A stretch of DNA of 64,000 bases from Myxococcota bacterium (GCA_963674735.2 CAXXQS010000001.1:864001-928000), one strand, 5' to 3'; numbered from the stretch's first letter, positions 10,486 through 21,329 are shown. Notes: a model not told the origin generated them from the sequence alone. A program made the numbers and translations.

Positions 10486-13400
10486 ATGAATATTACCGAG
10501 TTCGCTCTCCGGTTTCGCACCACGGTTTACGTCCTGATTTTGATGATCGTGATTGTCGGTGTGAATTCCTACCGCAGCATGCCGCTCGAAGACAATCCGG
10601 ACGTACAGATTCCCATCATTCTGGTGCAGACGATTTATCCCGGTGTCGCGCCCGAAGATATGGAAAAACTGGTTACCAACGTCACGGAACGAGAGCTCAA
10701 AGACCTTAAAGACGTGAAGAAAATGACGTCCACCAGCGCCGAATCGGTCTCGGTGGTGCAGATCGAGTTCGAAACCGGCGTGGACATGGACGATGCCTAT
10801 CAGAAGGTGCGCGACAAGGTGGATAAGGCGAAGCCCGATCTGCCCGACGACGCCGAAGATCCGATGCTGATCGAGATCAATATTTCCGAATTCCCCATTA
10901 TGCTGGTCAACGTTTCGGGTAATTACGGGTTGGTCAAGCTGAAGAAAGTCGCCGAAACGATTCAAGACCGCATCGAACAGATTCCGGGCGTATTGGGCGC
11001 GGATCTGACCGGCGGCGAAGAACGCGAAATCCAGATTTACCTGGACCCCAATCGTTTGCAGCATTACGAAGTCGGGATCGGGCAAGTGATCGGTCGCATC
11101 CAGGAGGAGCACCTCACGACGCCTGCCGGAAACATCGAGCTGGGCGGCAGCAAATATTCGGTGCGCATTCCCGGCGAATATTCCGATGTTTCCCTGATGG
11201 AAGATATCGTCGTGAAAGCGCCGGAAGGCAATCCCATCAAACTACGCGATATTGGAAGGGTCGTGGACGGATTCAAGGAGCGGCAGACCATTTCGCGCGC
11301 CAACGGGGCTGAATGTGTCACGCTGCGAGTGAAAAAACGCTCGGGCGAAAATGTGGTGCGTATTGCCGATTCGGTACGGGAAATCTTGAAGGATATGGAA
11401 TCGAGCTTACCTGCGGGCACCTCCTACACCATTCGGCAGGACAACAGCGAGGTGATTCGCAACACGGTGAACGACCTGGAAAACAACATCATCAGCGGCC
11501 TTCTGCTGGTTCTGATCGTCTTGTTCTTCGCCATGGGGCTGCGCAATGCTTCGTTTGTGGCGGTGGCCATTCCGCTTTCGATGCTCATCACGTTCATCGC
11601 GCTGCGCCTCATGGGTGTCACGCTCAATATGGTTGTGTTGTTCTCACTGATTCTCGCCTTGGGTATGTTGGTGGATAACTCGATTGTGGTTATCGAAAAT
11701 ATATACCGGCATGTTTCGGAAGGACGTCCGCGTTCGGTGGCGGCGCTTTTGGCCACCAAGGAGGTGGCCTGGCCCATCATCGCTTCGACGGCCACAACCG
11801 TTCTGGCCTTCGCTCCGATGCTTTTCTGGCCGGGGATCATGGGTGAATTCATGAGTTACCTACCCATGACGGTTATCACGGCGCTTCTAGCCTCTCTGTT
11901 TGTGGCGATGGTCATCAATCCGGTTGTCGCCTCCAATTTTCTTAAACCGGGCGGCAAGCGTTTGTTCGACGATTCCGGTGAAGTGAGCGGTCCCATTATT
12001 TCACGCTATAAACGTGTACTCATCTGGAGCCTCGACCACCCCAAAACCTTGATAGGGATAAGTAATGTCGTTTTGGTGGTGGTTATCATGGCTTACGGAA
12101 CGTTCGGGGCCGGGATCGAATTGTTCCCGACCACCACGCCGGAGCGGGCCCAGATCACCATCGAAGCGCCGCAAGGAACCGCGATCGAGCGTACCGACAG
12201 CTACATGCGCAAAGTCGAACAGATCGCCATGAGCGAGGACGGAACCGACGAGACTGTCGCGAACGTGGGCTATGCCGGTGGGATGCAGCTTTCAAGCGGC
12301 GGCAGCAATCCGCATCTGGCGGTGGCGGATATTGAGTTCAAGGATCGACACGAACGGACCCACAGTAGCTGGGATACCATCAAATCCATCCGCAAGGAAC
12401 TCGAAAAGCTGGCCGGTGCCGACTATAAAGTGGAGGTTCTAAAAGAGGGACCGCCCACCGGAGAACCGGTTTCGGTGGAAATCTCGGGACCGGATTTCAA
12501 CGTCGCCAACACGATCGCCCGCCAGGTCAAAGAACTGATTGCCACCATTCCCGGTGTTACCGACATCCAAGACGATTTCGAAGGTGGCAAGCCGGAAATC
12601 AAGATCGAGGTGGACCGCGAGCAGGCGATGTTGCGCAAGGTCAACACCATGACCATCTCCAACGCGGTGCGGGCCGCCATCAATGGCGTTGAGGCCAGCG
12701 TGCTGCGTGAAGGCGATGAGGAGTATGATATCGTCGTGCGCTACGACGAGCCATTCCGGAAGTCGATCAACGATATCCTCGATATTCGTGTGATGGGAAA
12801 AGACGACGTTCAGATTCCCCTGCGCGATGTGGCGAAGGTCAGCACCACGGGCGGATTGGGTTCGGTCAAGCATATCGATCAGAAACGCACGATCCTGGTC
12901 AGTGGCGATGTGATGGAACGCAGCTCGGCGGAAGTCATGATGGACGTCGAGAAACTGCTGAACGAGAAACTGACGTTGCCGCCGGGATATGTATTCCATT
13001 TCAGCGGAGAGAGTGAGGAACAGGAAAAAGCGGCTTCGTTTTTAGCTGAAGCTTTCGGAATCGGGATCATGCTGATGTTCATGGTGCTGATTACCCAGTT
13101 CAACTCGGTTCTGCGCCCCGCCATCATTCTCGGATCGGTTATTATGTCCATGATCGGCGTGCTGCTGGGCTTGATGATTACGCAGAACAAATTCGGGATC
13201 ATCATGACCGGAATGGGGGTGATTTCGCTTGCGGGAGTTGTCGTGAACAACGCGATCGTCCTGATCGACTACACCAATCTGCTGTGTACGCGTGATGGTT
13301 TGAGTTTACGCGATGCGCTTGTCCGAGCCGGTCTAGTACGCTTTCGCCCGGTTCTGCTGACTGCGATCACCACTATTCTGGGTATGTCACCCATGGCGCT

Positions 13401-13638
13401 CGGGGTCTCAATCGACTTCAAGAACTTCACCATCGATACGGGCGCTGTTTCCATGGAATACTGGGGACCCATGGCGCAGGCGGTGATCTTCGGTTTGAGC
13501 TTTGCGACCATCCTCACCCTGGTTATGGTGCCGGTGATGTATCTGACGCAGGAAAATTTCAGCAACTGGATCATAAAGCGACTTGGACTGAGCGAGCCGG
13601 ATGCGTTGCCTGCTGCGTCCGAGATGCACGAAGGATAA
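10486..13638 (+). CDS. RND efflux transporter permease (AcrB/AcrD/AcrF family)
   Basis: 1050 aa; YPGVAPEDME; GMLVDNSIVVIENIYRH; GVVVNNAIVLID; RFRPVLLTAITTILG. Confidence 0.95.
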   Translation: MNITEFALRFRTTVYVLILMIVIVGVNSYRSMPLEDNPDVQIPIILVQTIYPGVAPEDMEKLVTNVTERELKDLKDVKKMTSTSAESVSVVQIEFETGVDMDDAYQKVRDKVDKAKPDLPDDAEDPMLIEINISEFPIMLVNVSGNYGLVKLKKVAETIQDRIEQIPGVLGADLTGGEEREIQIYLDPNRLQHYEVGIGQVIGRIQEEHLTTPAGNIELGGSKYSVRIPGEYSDVSLMEDIVVKAPEGNPIKLRDIGRVVDGFKERQTISRANGAECVTLRVKKRSGENVVRIADSVREILKDMESSLPAGTSYTIRQDNSEVIRNTVNDLENNIISGLLLVLIVLFFAMGLRNASFVAVAIPLSMLITFIALRLMGVTLNMVVLFSLILALGMLVDNSIVVIENIYRHVSEGRPRSVAALLATKEVAWPIIASTATTVLAFAPMLFWPGIMGEFMSYLPMTVITALLASLFVAMVINPVVASNFLKPGGKRLFDDSGEVSGPIISRYKRVLIWSLDHPKTLIGISNVVLVVVIMAYGTFGAGIELFPTTTPERAQITIEAPQGTAIERTDSYMRKVEQIAMSEDGTDETVANVGYAGGMQLSSGGSNPHLAVADIEFKDRHERTHSSWDTIKSIRKELEKLAGADYKVEVLKEGPPTGEPVSVEISGPDFNVANTIARQVKELIATIPGVTDIQDDFEGGKPEIKIEVDREQAMLRKVNTMTISNAVRAAINGVEASVLREGDEEYDIVVRYDEPFRKSINDILDIRVMGKDDVQIPLRDVAKVSTTGGLGSVKHIDQKRTILVSGDVMERSSAEVMMDVEKLLNEKLTLPPGYVFHFSGESEEQEKAASFLAEAFGIGIMLMFMVLITQFNSVLRPAIILGSVIMSMIGVLLGLMITQNKFGIIMTGMGVISLAGVVVNNAIVLIDYTNLLCTRDGLSLRDALVRAGLVRFRPVLLTAITTILGMSPMALGVSIDFKNFTIDTGAVSMEYWGPMAQAVIFGLSFATILTLVMVPVMYLTQENFSNWIIKRLGLSEPDALPAASEMHEG

Positions 13639-13642
13639 TAAG

Positions 13643-15004
13643 ATGAAAAGAAGAGAAACGAGCATGTGGAAACAACTGATTGTGGCGCTGGCAGTCGGAG
13701 CGGTGCTGATCGGGAATGCGGTCGCGGCCGAAAATGCCGAGGGAGATGTGGTGACGCTGGAGCAGGCCCAGCGTCTGGCTTTGGAACGCAACCCCTCGAT
13801 GAAAAATATCGGCGAGACCGTCTATCAGGCCAACGTGCTGATCTACCGAGCCTGGGCGATTTTGCTTCCCAATCTGAGTGCGTCGGGGTCCATCACGCGC
13901 AACAGCAGCGAGGCGGTATTGGCGTTTCCCGATTTCGAAGCTCAGCCCGATGCCAACGGCGACCTCCCCATGATTGAGACGGTGATGATGGAGAAATGGG
14001 CGAAGACCTTCGGGTTTACGGCCAACATGACGCTGTTCAACGCGCGTTCCATTCCCCTGCTCATGAATGCTTACGACAATGTGGATTACAGTAAAATGAG
14101 CGGTCGGCAATCGCGCAACGATCTGCTGTTGGCGGTGGCGGCGGCCTATTTTCAAGGGTATTCCGCGGAAGAAGCATTGGATGTGGCCCGGCGAAATCTG
14201 GAAAATGACGAGGAGTTTTTAAAACTTGCGCAAGCAAAAAAAGAGGTGGGGCAGGGGACCAAGATCGATGTTCTGCGAGCCGAAACGGCTTTGATGGATG
14301 CGGAAAAAGAGTTGAAAAACGCCGAGGATGCCGTCGAATTGTCCAAGACGGCGTTGGGTTACCTGATCGGCATTGAAGACGCTTTCACCATCACGAAACC
14401 TGAACCGGTCGAGCCGGTGGGAGGTGGGCTGGATGCCGTGGTCAGCAAGGCGATACGGGATCGCGAGGATTTGAAAGCGGCGCGTCTGGCGCGCACGATG
14501 GCCGAGCGCGACCGCATGGAGACCTGGACCAAGTGGGTTCCCAGTTTGGATGTCACATACAAGTGGGATTGGAACTCGGCGGCGGGTTTTTCCGGCGAGA
14601 AGGATAACTGGATGCTGATTTTCGGGGCCAACTGGAGCATCCTGGAGGGTGGTGGACGGATTGCCGAACTCTACGAACGGAAGTCCAAGGAGCGCATGGC
14701 GGGTAACAGCGCCGACCAGCTTGAACTGGATATCAAGGAATCGGTCGAAACGAATATGCTGGAAATGCAGAAAAGGCGCCGTAACGTGGAGTTGGCCGAC
14801 AAGCAGATCGCCTTGGCGGAAGAAACCCATCGGCTGATCACCCGCCAGTATGAGCTGGGCATGGCCACCAGCCTGGATGTCACCAACGCCTCGAACGATC
14901 TCTCCAACGTGCGTCGGGCGCGTATCCTGGAGCAGCTCCAGCTCGACATGGCGGCATTAATGCTCAATAAAGCGGCCGGTGAATACTACGAGATGTCTCG
15001 TTAG
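13643..15004 (+). CDS. TolC family outer membrane efflux protein
   Basis: Signal peptide; TLEQAQRLALERNP; G.GTKIDVLRAE; YELGMATSLDV; operonic with MFP/AcrB (start 13643 or 13664). Confidence 0.9.
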   Translation: MKRRETSMWKQLIVALAVGAVLIGNAVAAENAEGDVVTLEQAQRLALERNPSMKNIGETVYQANVLIYRAWAILLPNLSASGSITRNSSEAVLAFPDFEAQPDANGDLPMIETVMMEKWAKTFGFTANMTLFNARSIPLLMNAYDNVDYSKMSGRQSRNDLLLAVAAAYFQGYSAEEALDVARRNLENDEEFLKLAQAKKEVGQGTKIDVLRAETALMDAEKELKNAEDAVELSKTALGYLIGIEDAFTITKPEPVEPVGGGLDAVVSKAIRDREDLKAARLARTMAERDRMETWTKWVPSLDVTYKWDWNSAAGFSGEKDNWMLIFGANWSILEGGGRIAELYERKSKERMAGNSADQLELDIKESVETNMLEMQKRRRNVELADKQIALAEETHRLITRQYELGMATSLDVTNASNDLSNVRRARILEQLQLDMAALMLNKAAGEYYEMSR

Positions 15005-15040
15005 GCAAAAAGCGCAAGCAAACTGAAGCGGTCGGAAGGG

Positions 15041-15064
15041 TGTCCCCGTAACTTTGCGGGGACA
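15041..15064 (+). terminator. GC-rich hairpin after tolC
   Basis: TGTCCCCGTAA-CT-TTGCGGGGACA stem-loop; no clear U-tract. Confidence 0.4.
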
Positions 15065-15235
15065 ACAGACTCGACCCGCTATGATGTTCCGGTCAGGCTA
15101 ATCCTTGAACGGTCCTGTGGCCGACTATCTTTCATTTCGATTACCCCCCCTTTTTTTTTCGGTTCACGTCAAGCCTTGTTGTGAGTGCAGTTATTGCGCA
15201 CAGCAAGGAAGGGGAAAAAAGTCAAAAAAACGAGA

Positions 15236-15264
15236 TTGACTAGTCCGTCCGTTTGGGTTAGGCT
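15236..15264 (+). promoter_or_regulatory. Putative sigma70 promoter of TetR
   Basis: TTGACT-N17-TAGGCT. Confidence 0.5.
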
Positions 15265-15310
15265 TAAGTTAGGCTGGTAAGACGAACACCGGCAAGTCAG
15301 GAGCAACGAC

Positions 15311-15934
15311 ATGGTTTCGACGCTAAGGAAACAGCGAGATCTCGACCGCAAGGAAAACACACGGCAGGATTTGCTCAACGCGGCCGTCGAGGTCTTTTGC
15401 GACAAGGGCTATCACAGCACCCTTATCTCCGACATTGTGGCGCAAGCGGGCGTAGGGCAGGGCACTTTCTATCGCTATTTCAACAGCAAACGTCACCTCA
15501 TCGATAACGTGATGGACCAGTTCGGTCAGTTGTTGCTCGATCAATTCGAGTCGATGACCATCAACCTACCCGGCAATGTCGATGAATACCGGGAAGCCAG
15601 CAAAAAAGCGCTGCTGGCGGTTGCCATGCTGGTTGAGAAAAATCGTAAACTCGCCCTGTTGCTGTTGCGCGAAGCCCCGACCGTCGATCGCGACTTCGAA
15701 CAGAGAATCAACGAGTTATACGACCAGTTCGCCAGCTTGGCCGCCTTTTACCTGGAATACGCGGTGACCGCTAAAATCGTCAGGGAATGCAATACCGCCA
15801 TGGTGTCCCAAGCCATCGTGGGAATGGGGCTGCGGCATGTGACCTTGTGGCTGAGTGCCGATCCTGAAACCACGGATATTCACGAATTGATTAACGAGTT
15901 GGTGGATTTTGCCTTTTCCGGCCTGGGTGCATAG
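15311..15934 (+). CDS. TetR/AcrR family transcriptional regulator
   Basis: LLNAAVEVFCDKGY..ISDIVAQAGVGQGTFYRYFNSK HTH. Confidence 0.93.
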   Translation: MVSTLRKQRDLDRKENTRQDLLNAAVEVFCDKGYHSTLISDIVAQAGVGQGTFYRYFNSKRHLIDNVMDQFGQLLLDQFESMTINLPGNVDEYREASKKALLAVAMLVEKNRKLALLLLREAPTVDRDFEQRINELYDQFASLAAFYLEYAVTAKIVRECNTAMVSQAIVGMGLRHVTLWLSADPETTDIHELINELVDFAFSGLGA

Positions 15935-16072
15935 GGACGGATTGGAGCATTTTGCATGTTGGAAAGCCTGGATGTAACGAAATAAGACGGAGCCAGCAAG
16001 ATGACTGAGTTAAGCCAGTATCCCTTAGGACGACCTGATCTGAGTTTGTCGATCAATTCGAGACAAGGCATC

Positions 16073-19000
16073 ATGGAGAAACCCAGCATCCTCAAGGTTC
16101 AACGCACCTGCGTGCATGACGGTCCCGGCATCCGAACGACCATCTTTTTCCAGGGCTGCAATCTGTGCTGCGCTTGGTGCCAGAATCCCGAAGGTCTTTC
16201 GATCAAACCCGATAGGGAACCCGAAAACGACTATTCGATTTCCGATCTGGTGGAAATCGTACTGCGAGATAAGGACTATTATTCCCAAACCGGTGGGGGA
16301 GTGACGTTGAGCGGTGGCGACCCCCTGTTGCAGAGGCCGGACTGCCTGATTCCGTTCTTGCAAGTATTGAGAGAGGAGAATATCCACATCGCGGTCGAGA
16401 CCGCACTTCACGTCCCCACGACGCATGTCGAGAAACTGGCCCCGTATGTTTCCCTGTTTCTTGTCGACCTGAAAGTGGTGGGAGACGATGAACGCCACAA
16501 GAGACTGACACAACAAAGCAGCCGCTTGATCCATCGGAACATTAGAAAATTGATGGCTCTCAACGCGAATGTCAAATTCCGTATGGTGATGGTGCCGGGC
16601 CACAACGATGAAGATACCGACATCAAAGCGGCCGCCGAATTTCTGAAATCGGTCGGGCATGATTCGATCGAGTTATTGAAATACCACAATATGTACGAGG
16701 AAAAGGCCAAACGATTGGGATTGGAGCGGGAACCGCTGCAGATCACCAACGAGCAGGCTCTCGCATCGGTTCGACGGGCGGTCAAGCTGTTCGACACTTT
16801 GGCTATCAAAGCCGAATGCTTCGATTTGGATGCCTCACGGCATCAAGCCGTTTTTACGCAACGGGTCCACGACATCCAAAATGCCATCAGGGAAAGCGAT
16901 TTCCACCTGTGTTTCGAAGTGTCGCGATTGAAGACGGCTTTCTACAAGAAAAACGGTTTCGAACAACCGAGCCATATTCATCGCGCAAAACGCCTGAATC
17001 ATGTGCTGGCCAACAAGGAAATCATCGTTTATCCCGACGAGCTGCTGGTCGGCAATTTTACCTCGAAACGGCGTGGCTGTCAGGTGTGGGAAGAGCATCA
17101 CGGTGTTCTTTTGGCTTCGATCTTTCATCAGATCGATCATCAGGAACCGATCCCGTTCAAATGTTCCTGGAAGGACCGAATTCATTTCTATCGCGAAATC
17201 ATGCCGTTTTGGCTCAAGCATAGCCTTTTGAGGAAAGTTAATCCCAAGCTGAAAGACTTCATCATGTTGTTCGCGCGCAGTTCCGAGATGAATACCGGGT
17301 TCAATAACAACATGGCCTCGATCGCGCATTTTATCGTGAATTACGAACGCCTGCTTGAACTCGGAACGGTGGGTATCATCGAGGAAATCGAAACCAAGCG
17401 CAGAGAAAACCCGGAAAACAACCAGGCTTTTTACGATGGAGTGATTATCGCGCTGAAGGGGTTGGAGAGATTTGCCGAACGCTATGCCGACCGTTTAGCG
17501 AGTCTGAGCCGTGAGGAATCGAACGAGCATCGCCGCCGGGAGTTGCAGGAGATGGCCGACATCTGTCGCCATGTTCCCAAGTACCCGGCCCGCACGTATC
17601 ACGAAGCGTTACAGAGCATGATGCTTCTCCATATCGCGCTTTGTATCGAGTCTTTCGAAAACGCCGTCTCGCCCGGTCGCCTCGACCAGATTCTTTATCC
17701 GTATTACAAACGCGATAAAGAAGCCGGGATCATCGACTATGAAAAGGCCAAAGAACTTCTGGCGTTGTTCATTCTCAAGATGGATGAAGCTCTTTTAGTC
17801 AACGATGGCAATACCTATCTGCGAATCGGACGGCTTTTCGAAACCATGTCGACGGACCAGACCGTTACCGCAGGTGGTCTTGGAAAAGACGGAAAGGACG
17901 CGACCAATGAGTTGACTTACGCGTTGCTGGATATCTGCGAGTTGCAACCTTACGCCGTAAACATGACGGCGCGTATTCACCCGGATAGCCCGGTGGAATA
18001 CCTGGACAGACTCGCGGAAGTCTACATAAACGGCTCGCCCATGCCCGCTTTGTACAACGATGAGCTTTACATCGAAACGCTTCGGAAGCATTACGATACC
18101 AGTGTGGAAGATGCCCGGAATTATGCCATCGTGGGATGCGTGGAACCCAACGCCTCAGACGATCATTACGGCAATACCGATTGCGCCAACATGAATGTGG
18201 TCCTACCGTTTTTGCAGGCTCTGAAAGGCGAAGAAGATGAGCTGTGGAACGTCGATGCTCCGGACCAAGTGGAAAAAATCACCAGCAAGTTTGTCGAGTA
18301 CAATTTCAGTGGCGATGGCAAGGCCGCTCGCCTCATTTCTTCCGGCTATGGGAAAGCGCGTAACCTGTATAAACGAATGCGGACATCCAAACCCAATCCG
18401 CCTGCGAACATGGATCAACTGCTGGAACGTTTTCAGCGGCGTTTGAACAGTCTGGCCAACTCGATTTTGGGCGATCATCAAAAAATCGAAAAAGCGATCC
18501 GAGAGAACTTCGCAACTCCTTTGGCATCCTCGCTTTCAAGAGGATCCATCGAAAGCGGTAAAGACGTCAACGAGGGCGGGGCGACTTTCAACAGCAGCGG
18601 CATTCAGGCGGTGGGAATCACGGATGTTGCGGATTCTCTACATGCCATCCACGAGGTTGTCTACCAGCGAAGGCTGTATTCGATTCAGGACATCATCGAC
18701 GCCATCGAGCATGATTTCGTCGGAGACGATTACGAGGCGATTAGAGACGTTTTGCTGGCCGTGCCGAAATTCGGTCAGGATGAATCGCAGGAGGCTGTCG
18801 ATTGGGTGAATCGAACCTTGCAGATCTACGTGAACGCCCTTGCGCAGGTTCCGAATTGTCCGAGAAACGGTATTTACACCGCTGGTTATTATGCTTTGAA
18901 TGTGAATGATGTTTACGGAAAGAAAACACCGGCGCTACCTTCCGGGAGACTGAAAGGCACCCCTTTGGCCAACAGCGTCGCTCCCCATTACGGGATGCAA

Positions 19001-19336
19001 GTCGCGGATCTGCTCTCGTCGCTGAACGCCGTCGCCGGAGTCGATTTTGCGAAATACGCTCCCAACGGCACGACGGTCACCTTCACGATCGACTCGGCCT
19101 TGTTCCAGGGGAAGGCCGGGGTTCGCAATCTTTCGAGCATCTTCAGCACGTTTTTCAAAAAAGGCGGCATGCAGTTTCAACCCAACGTCATTAGTCGGGA
19201 AATTTTGCTGGATGCTTACAACAATCCTGAAAAACATCCCTATCTGCTCGTGCGGGTTGCCGGCTATTGTGCGTATTTCAATCATCTCTCCGATGACTTG
19301 AAGAAAATCATCATAAACCGCACCTGTTACTGCTGA
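16073..19336 (+). CDS. Fused glycyl-radical-enzyme activase (radical SAM) plus PFL-like glycyl radical enzyme
   Basis: N-terminal HDGPGIRTTIFFQGCNLCCAWCQNPE (CxxxCxxC) and GGGVTLSGGDP; in the same frame, GRE motifs IYPDELLVGN, PGRLDQILYPYY, Cys loop IVGCVEP and Gly loop LLVRVAGYCAYF. Alternative start at 16001. Confidence 0.9.
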   Translation: MEKPSILKVQRTCVHDGPGIRTTIFFQGCNLCCAWCQNPEGLSIKPDREPENDYSISDLVEIVLRDKDYYSQTGGGVTLSGGDPLLQRPDCLIPFLQVLREENIHIAVETALHVPTTHVEKLAPYVSLFLVDLKVVGDDERHKRLTQQSSRLIHRNIRKLMALNANVKFRMVMVPGHNDEDTDIKAAAEFLKSVGHDSIELLKYHNMYEEKAKRLGLEREPLQITNEQALASVRRAVKLFDTLAIKAECFDLDASRHQAVFTQRVHDIQNAIRESDFHLCFEVSRLKTAFYKKNGFEQPSHIHRAKRLNHVLANKEIIVYPDELLVGNFTSKRRGCQVWEEHHGVLLASIFHQIDHQEPIPFKCSWKDRIHFYREIMPFWLKHSLLRKVNPKLKDFIMLFARSSEMNTGFNNNMASIAHFIVNYERLLELGTVGIIEEIETKRRENPENNQAFYDGVIIALKGLERFAERYADRLASLSREESNEHRRRELQEMADICRHVPKYPARTYHEALQSMMLLHIALCIESFENAVSPGRLDQILYPYYKRDKEAGIIDYEKAKELLALFILKMDEALLVNDGNTYLRIGRLFETMSTDQTVTAGGLGKDGKDATNELTYALLDICELQPYAVNMTARIHPDSPVEYLDRLAEVYINGSPMPALYNDELYIETLRKHYDTSVEDARNYAIVGCVEPNASDDHYGNTDCANMNVVLPFLQALKGEEDELWNVDAPDQVEKITSKFVEYNFSGDGKAARLISSGYGKARNLYKRMRTSKPNPPANMDQLLERFQRRLNSLANSILGDHQKIEKAIRENFATPLASSLSRGSIESGKDVNEGGATFNSSGIQAVGITDVADSLHAIHEVVYQRRLYSIQDIIDAIEHDFVGDDYEAIRDVLLAVPKFGQDESQEAVDWVNRTLQIYVNALAQVPNCPRNGIYTAGYYALNVNDVYGKKTPALPSGRLKGTPLANSVAPHYGMQVADLLSSLNAVAGVDFAKYAPNGTTVTFTIDSALFQGKAGVRNLSSIFSTFFKKGGMQFQPNVISREILLDAYNNPEKHPYLLVRVAGYCAYFNHLSDDLKKIIINRTCYC

Positions 19337-19492
19337 GCTTCTCGTTTCAAGTTCCTTGCTCAAGCTTGCGAGGCTCCCGAAAGTCGGATTCATGCTGAAA
19401 GGACTTGATTTTTGGGTGACATTCGGAGATGCTTCCCGGGCGTTTTGATGTCCAGGAATGATGAAGAGTGTCGTCTCAGCGAGGAATAAACC

Positions 19493-20908
19493 ATGAAAAA
19501 CCGCCCCATCACGTTGACTGTTCTCTTGCCCGTTGCCGCTTTGATTTTATTTGCGGTTGGTTGCAACTCGGACGACGACGGCTCGGATGATGGCCCCGCT
19601 ACCGATGGGGACGTCGAATTCGATGGGGACATCGATAACGACGTGGATGGTGATAGGGAAGCGGAAGTGGAAGTCGAGGCGGAAACAGAAGCGGAAATCG
19701 TTTGTCGCGATTCGGTGGCGCCTCGCGAACTGGAGTATATGCCCGACGAGACGTTCGATCTCGGTCCCTACCTCATGCAACCGCAACAGACCAGCATCGT
19801 GGTCATGTGGCGCAGCGAAGAAGAAGAGGACGGGACCGTCTTCTATGGCCTGGACGACACACTCGATCTGTCGGTTTCGCAGGACGGCGTTTTCAATATC
19901 CACGAAATCAAGCTGGAAGGGCTTACGGCGAACACGCGCTATCACTATCGGGTTCAGTCGGGCTCGCGCAGTTCCGAAGTCCATCATTTCATTACCGCTC
20001 CCGATTCCGAACAGGGGTTCAATATCACCATCTGGGGCGACAGCCAGAGCAATCCGGACACCTTTTCGCAGTTGGTCGATCACATGGTGGGTTTGAATCC
20101 TTATTTTGCGTTGGGCGTGGGTGATCACGTTTCAGAAGGGGGAGAATTTCCCCAATGGAAAGAACGTTTGTTCGGACCGGCGCGTGGTCTTTTCCACGAA
20201 GTCGGTTTTTATGCCGCCATCGGAAATCACGCTCGCAACCATCAAAATTGGTATGATTTGATGTCTTACCCGCACCCGGAGGACAATCCGCAGCATGAGT
20301 CGTTTTACAGCTTTACCTACGGTAACGCTTTCTTCTTGGTAATCGATACGGACAAGCCGTATTTCTCCATCGGTCCCGCCGAGACGGAGATTTCCACTTT
20401 CATCAAAGAGCAGGTGGCGTCACCTGAAGCGCAGGCAGCGAAATGGCGTTTCGCGATCAGTCATGTACCGGGTTATGCCGAAGCCTGGGGTGATGCTGTT
20501 TGTGAAAGCTATGGGGGCGATCTGGCTATTAGAGGTTGGCTGTATCCGATGTTGAACGAATATGGGTTCCACGCCCATTTCTCCGGTCATATGCACGGCT
20601 ACGAACGTGGCAAAAGCGATAACCTGGTGACGCTGATCACGGGTGGTGGAGGTGGTGGACTGGATGCCTGGTGTGTGGATCTGCCGGAAGTCTCGGTGGT
20701 GCAATACGTCCACCACCACCTGCACATGGAAGTCGGTTGCGATACAGTTCGGATTTCGGCCTACGACTTGGACGGGACGCTGTTCGATTGGGTGGAAATC
20801 ACGGCGGACGATTACGGCCAAATAATCGATGAGGGTCCGATGGAAAACCTGCCCGATCCGCCGATCGATCCCAATTCCCCGTCGGCTCCCGATACGGCGA
20901 AACTCTAA
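19493..20908 (+). CDS. Purple-acid-phosphatase-like metallophosphoesterase lipoprotein (FN3-like plus calcineurin-like domain)
   Basis: Lipobox AVGC; DGD stalk; WGDSQ, GDH, GNH, SGHMHGYER. Confidence 0.85.
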   Translation: MKNRPITLTVLLPVAALILFAVGCNSDDDGSDDGPATDGDVEFDGDIDNDVDGDREAEVEVEAETEAEIVCRDSVAPRELEYMPDETFDLGPYLMQPQQTSIVVMWRSEEEEDGTVFYGLDDTLDLSVSQDGVFNIHEIKLEGLTANTRYHYRVQSGSRSSEVHHFITAPDSEQGFNITIWGDSQSNPDTFSQLVDHMVGLNPYFALGVGDHVSEGGEFPQWKERLFGPARGLFHEVGFYAAIGNHARNHQNWYDLMSYPHPEDNPQHESFYSFTYGNAFFLVIDTDKPYFSIGPAETEISTFIKEQVASPEAQAAKWRFAISHVPGYAEAWGDAVCESYGGDLAIRGWLYPMLNEYGFHAHFSGHMHGYERGKSDNLVTLITGGGGGGLDAWCVDLPEVSVVQYVHHHLHMEVGCDTVRISAYDLDGTLFDWVEITADDYGQIIDEGPMENLPDPPIDPNSPSAPDTAKL

Positions 20909-21002
20909 CCTCCTGTTAAAGGGTTAGAAATACGACGCTGGATGCTGAAGTCCGGTATGCTTCTCCTCACGATCCAGCGGTGGTTTGGGCGGCTGGAGTA
21001 GC

Positions 21003-21329
21003 TTACTGATCGACGGAAAACAGATAACCGATGCTACGAACCGATTTGATGCGACGAGGAAAACGACCGCTGTCGTTTAATATTTTGCGAAGCTGGCAAA
21101 TTCTGAGGTCGATGGAACGGTCGTAGCCATTGTAGTTAATCCCACGAACTTCTTGGTACAATTGGTCCCGGCTGAGTACGCATCCCGCATTTTTAGCTAA
21201 ATATGACAAGAGATCGAATTGCCCGGAGGTCAACTCCAGTTGGACTTCGTTTAGTGTCGCAGTCCGACTATGAAAGGAAATGTGGAGCCCTCCGAGCGTG
21301 AGGTTCTGGTCTTTCATGAGATCCTGCAT
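21003..21329 (-). CDS. Stand-alone OmpR/PhoB-type (RstA-like) winged-helix DNA-binding protein without a receiver domain
   Basis: LTSGQFDLLSYLA..VLSRDQLY..RGINYNGYDRSIDLRI..LRK..IKSVRSIGYLF. Confidence 0.8.
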   Translation of the reverse strand: MQDLMKDQNLTLGGLHISFHSRTATLNEVQLELTSGQFDLLSYLAKNAGCVLSRDQLYQEVRGINYNGYDRSIDLRICQLRKILNDSGRFPRRIKSVRSIGYLFSVDQ

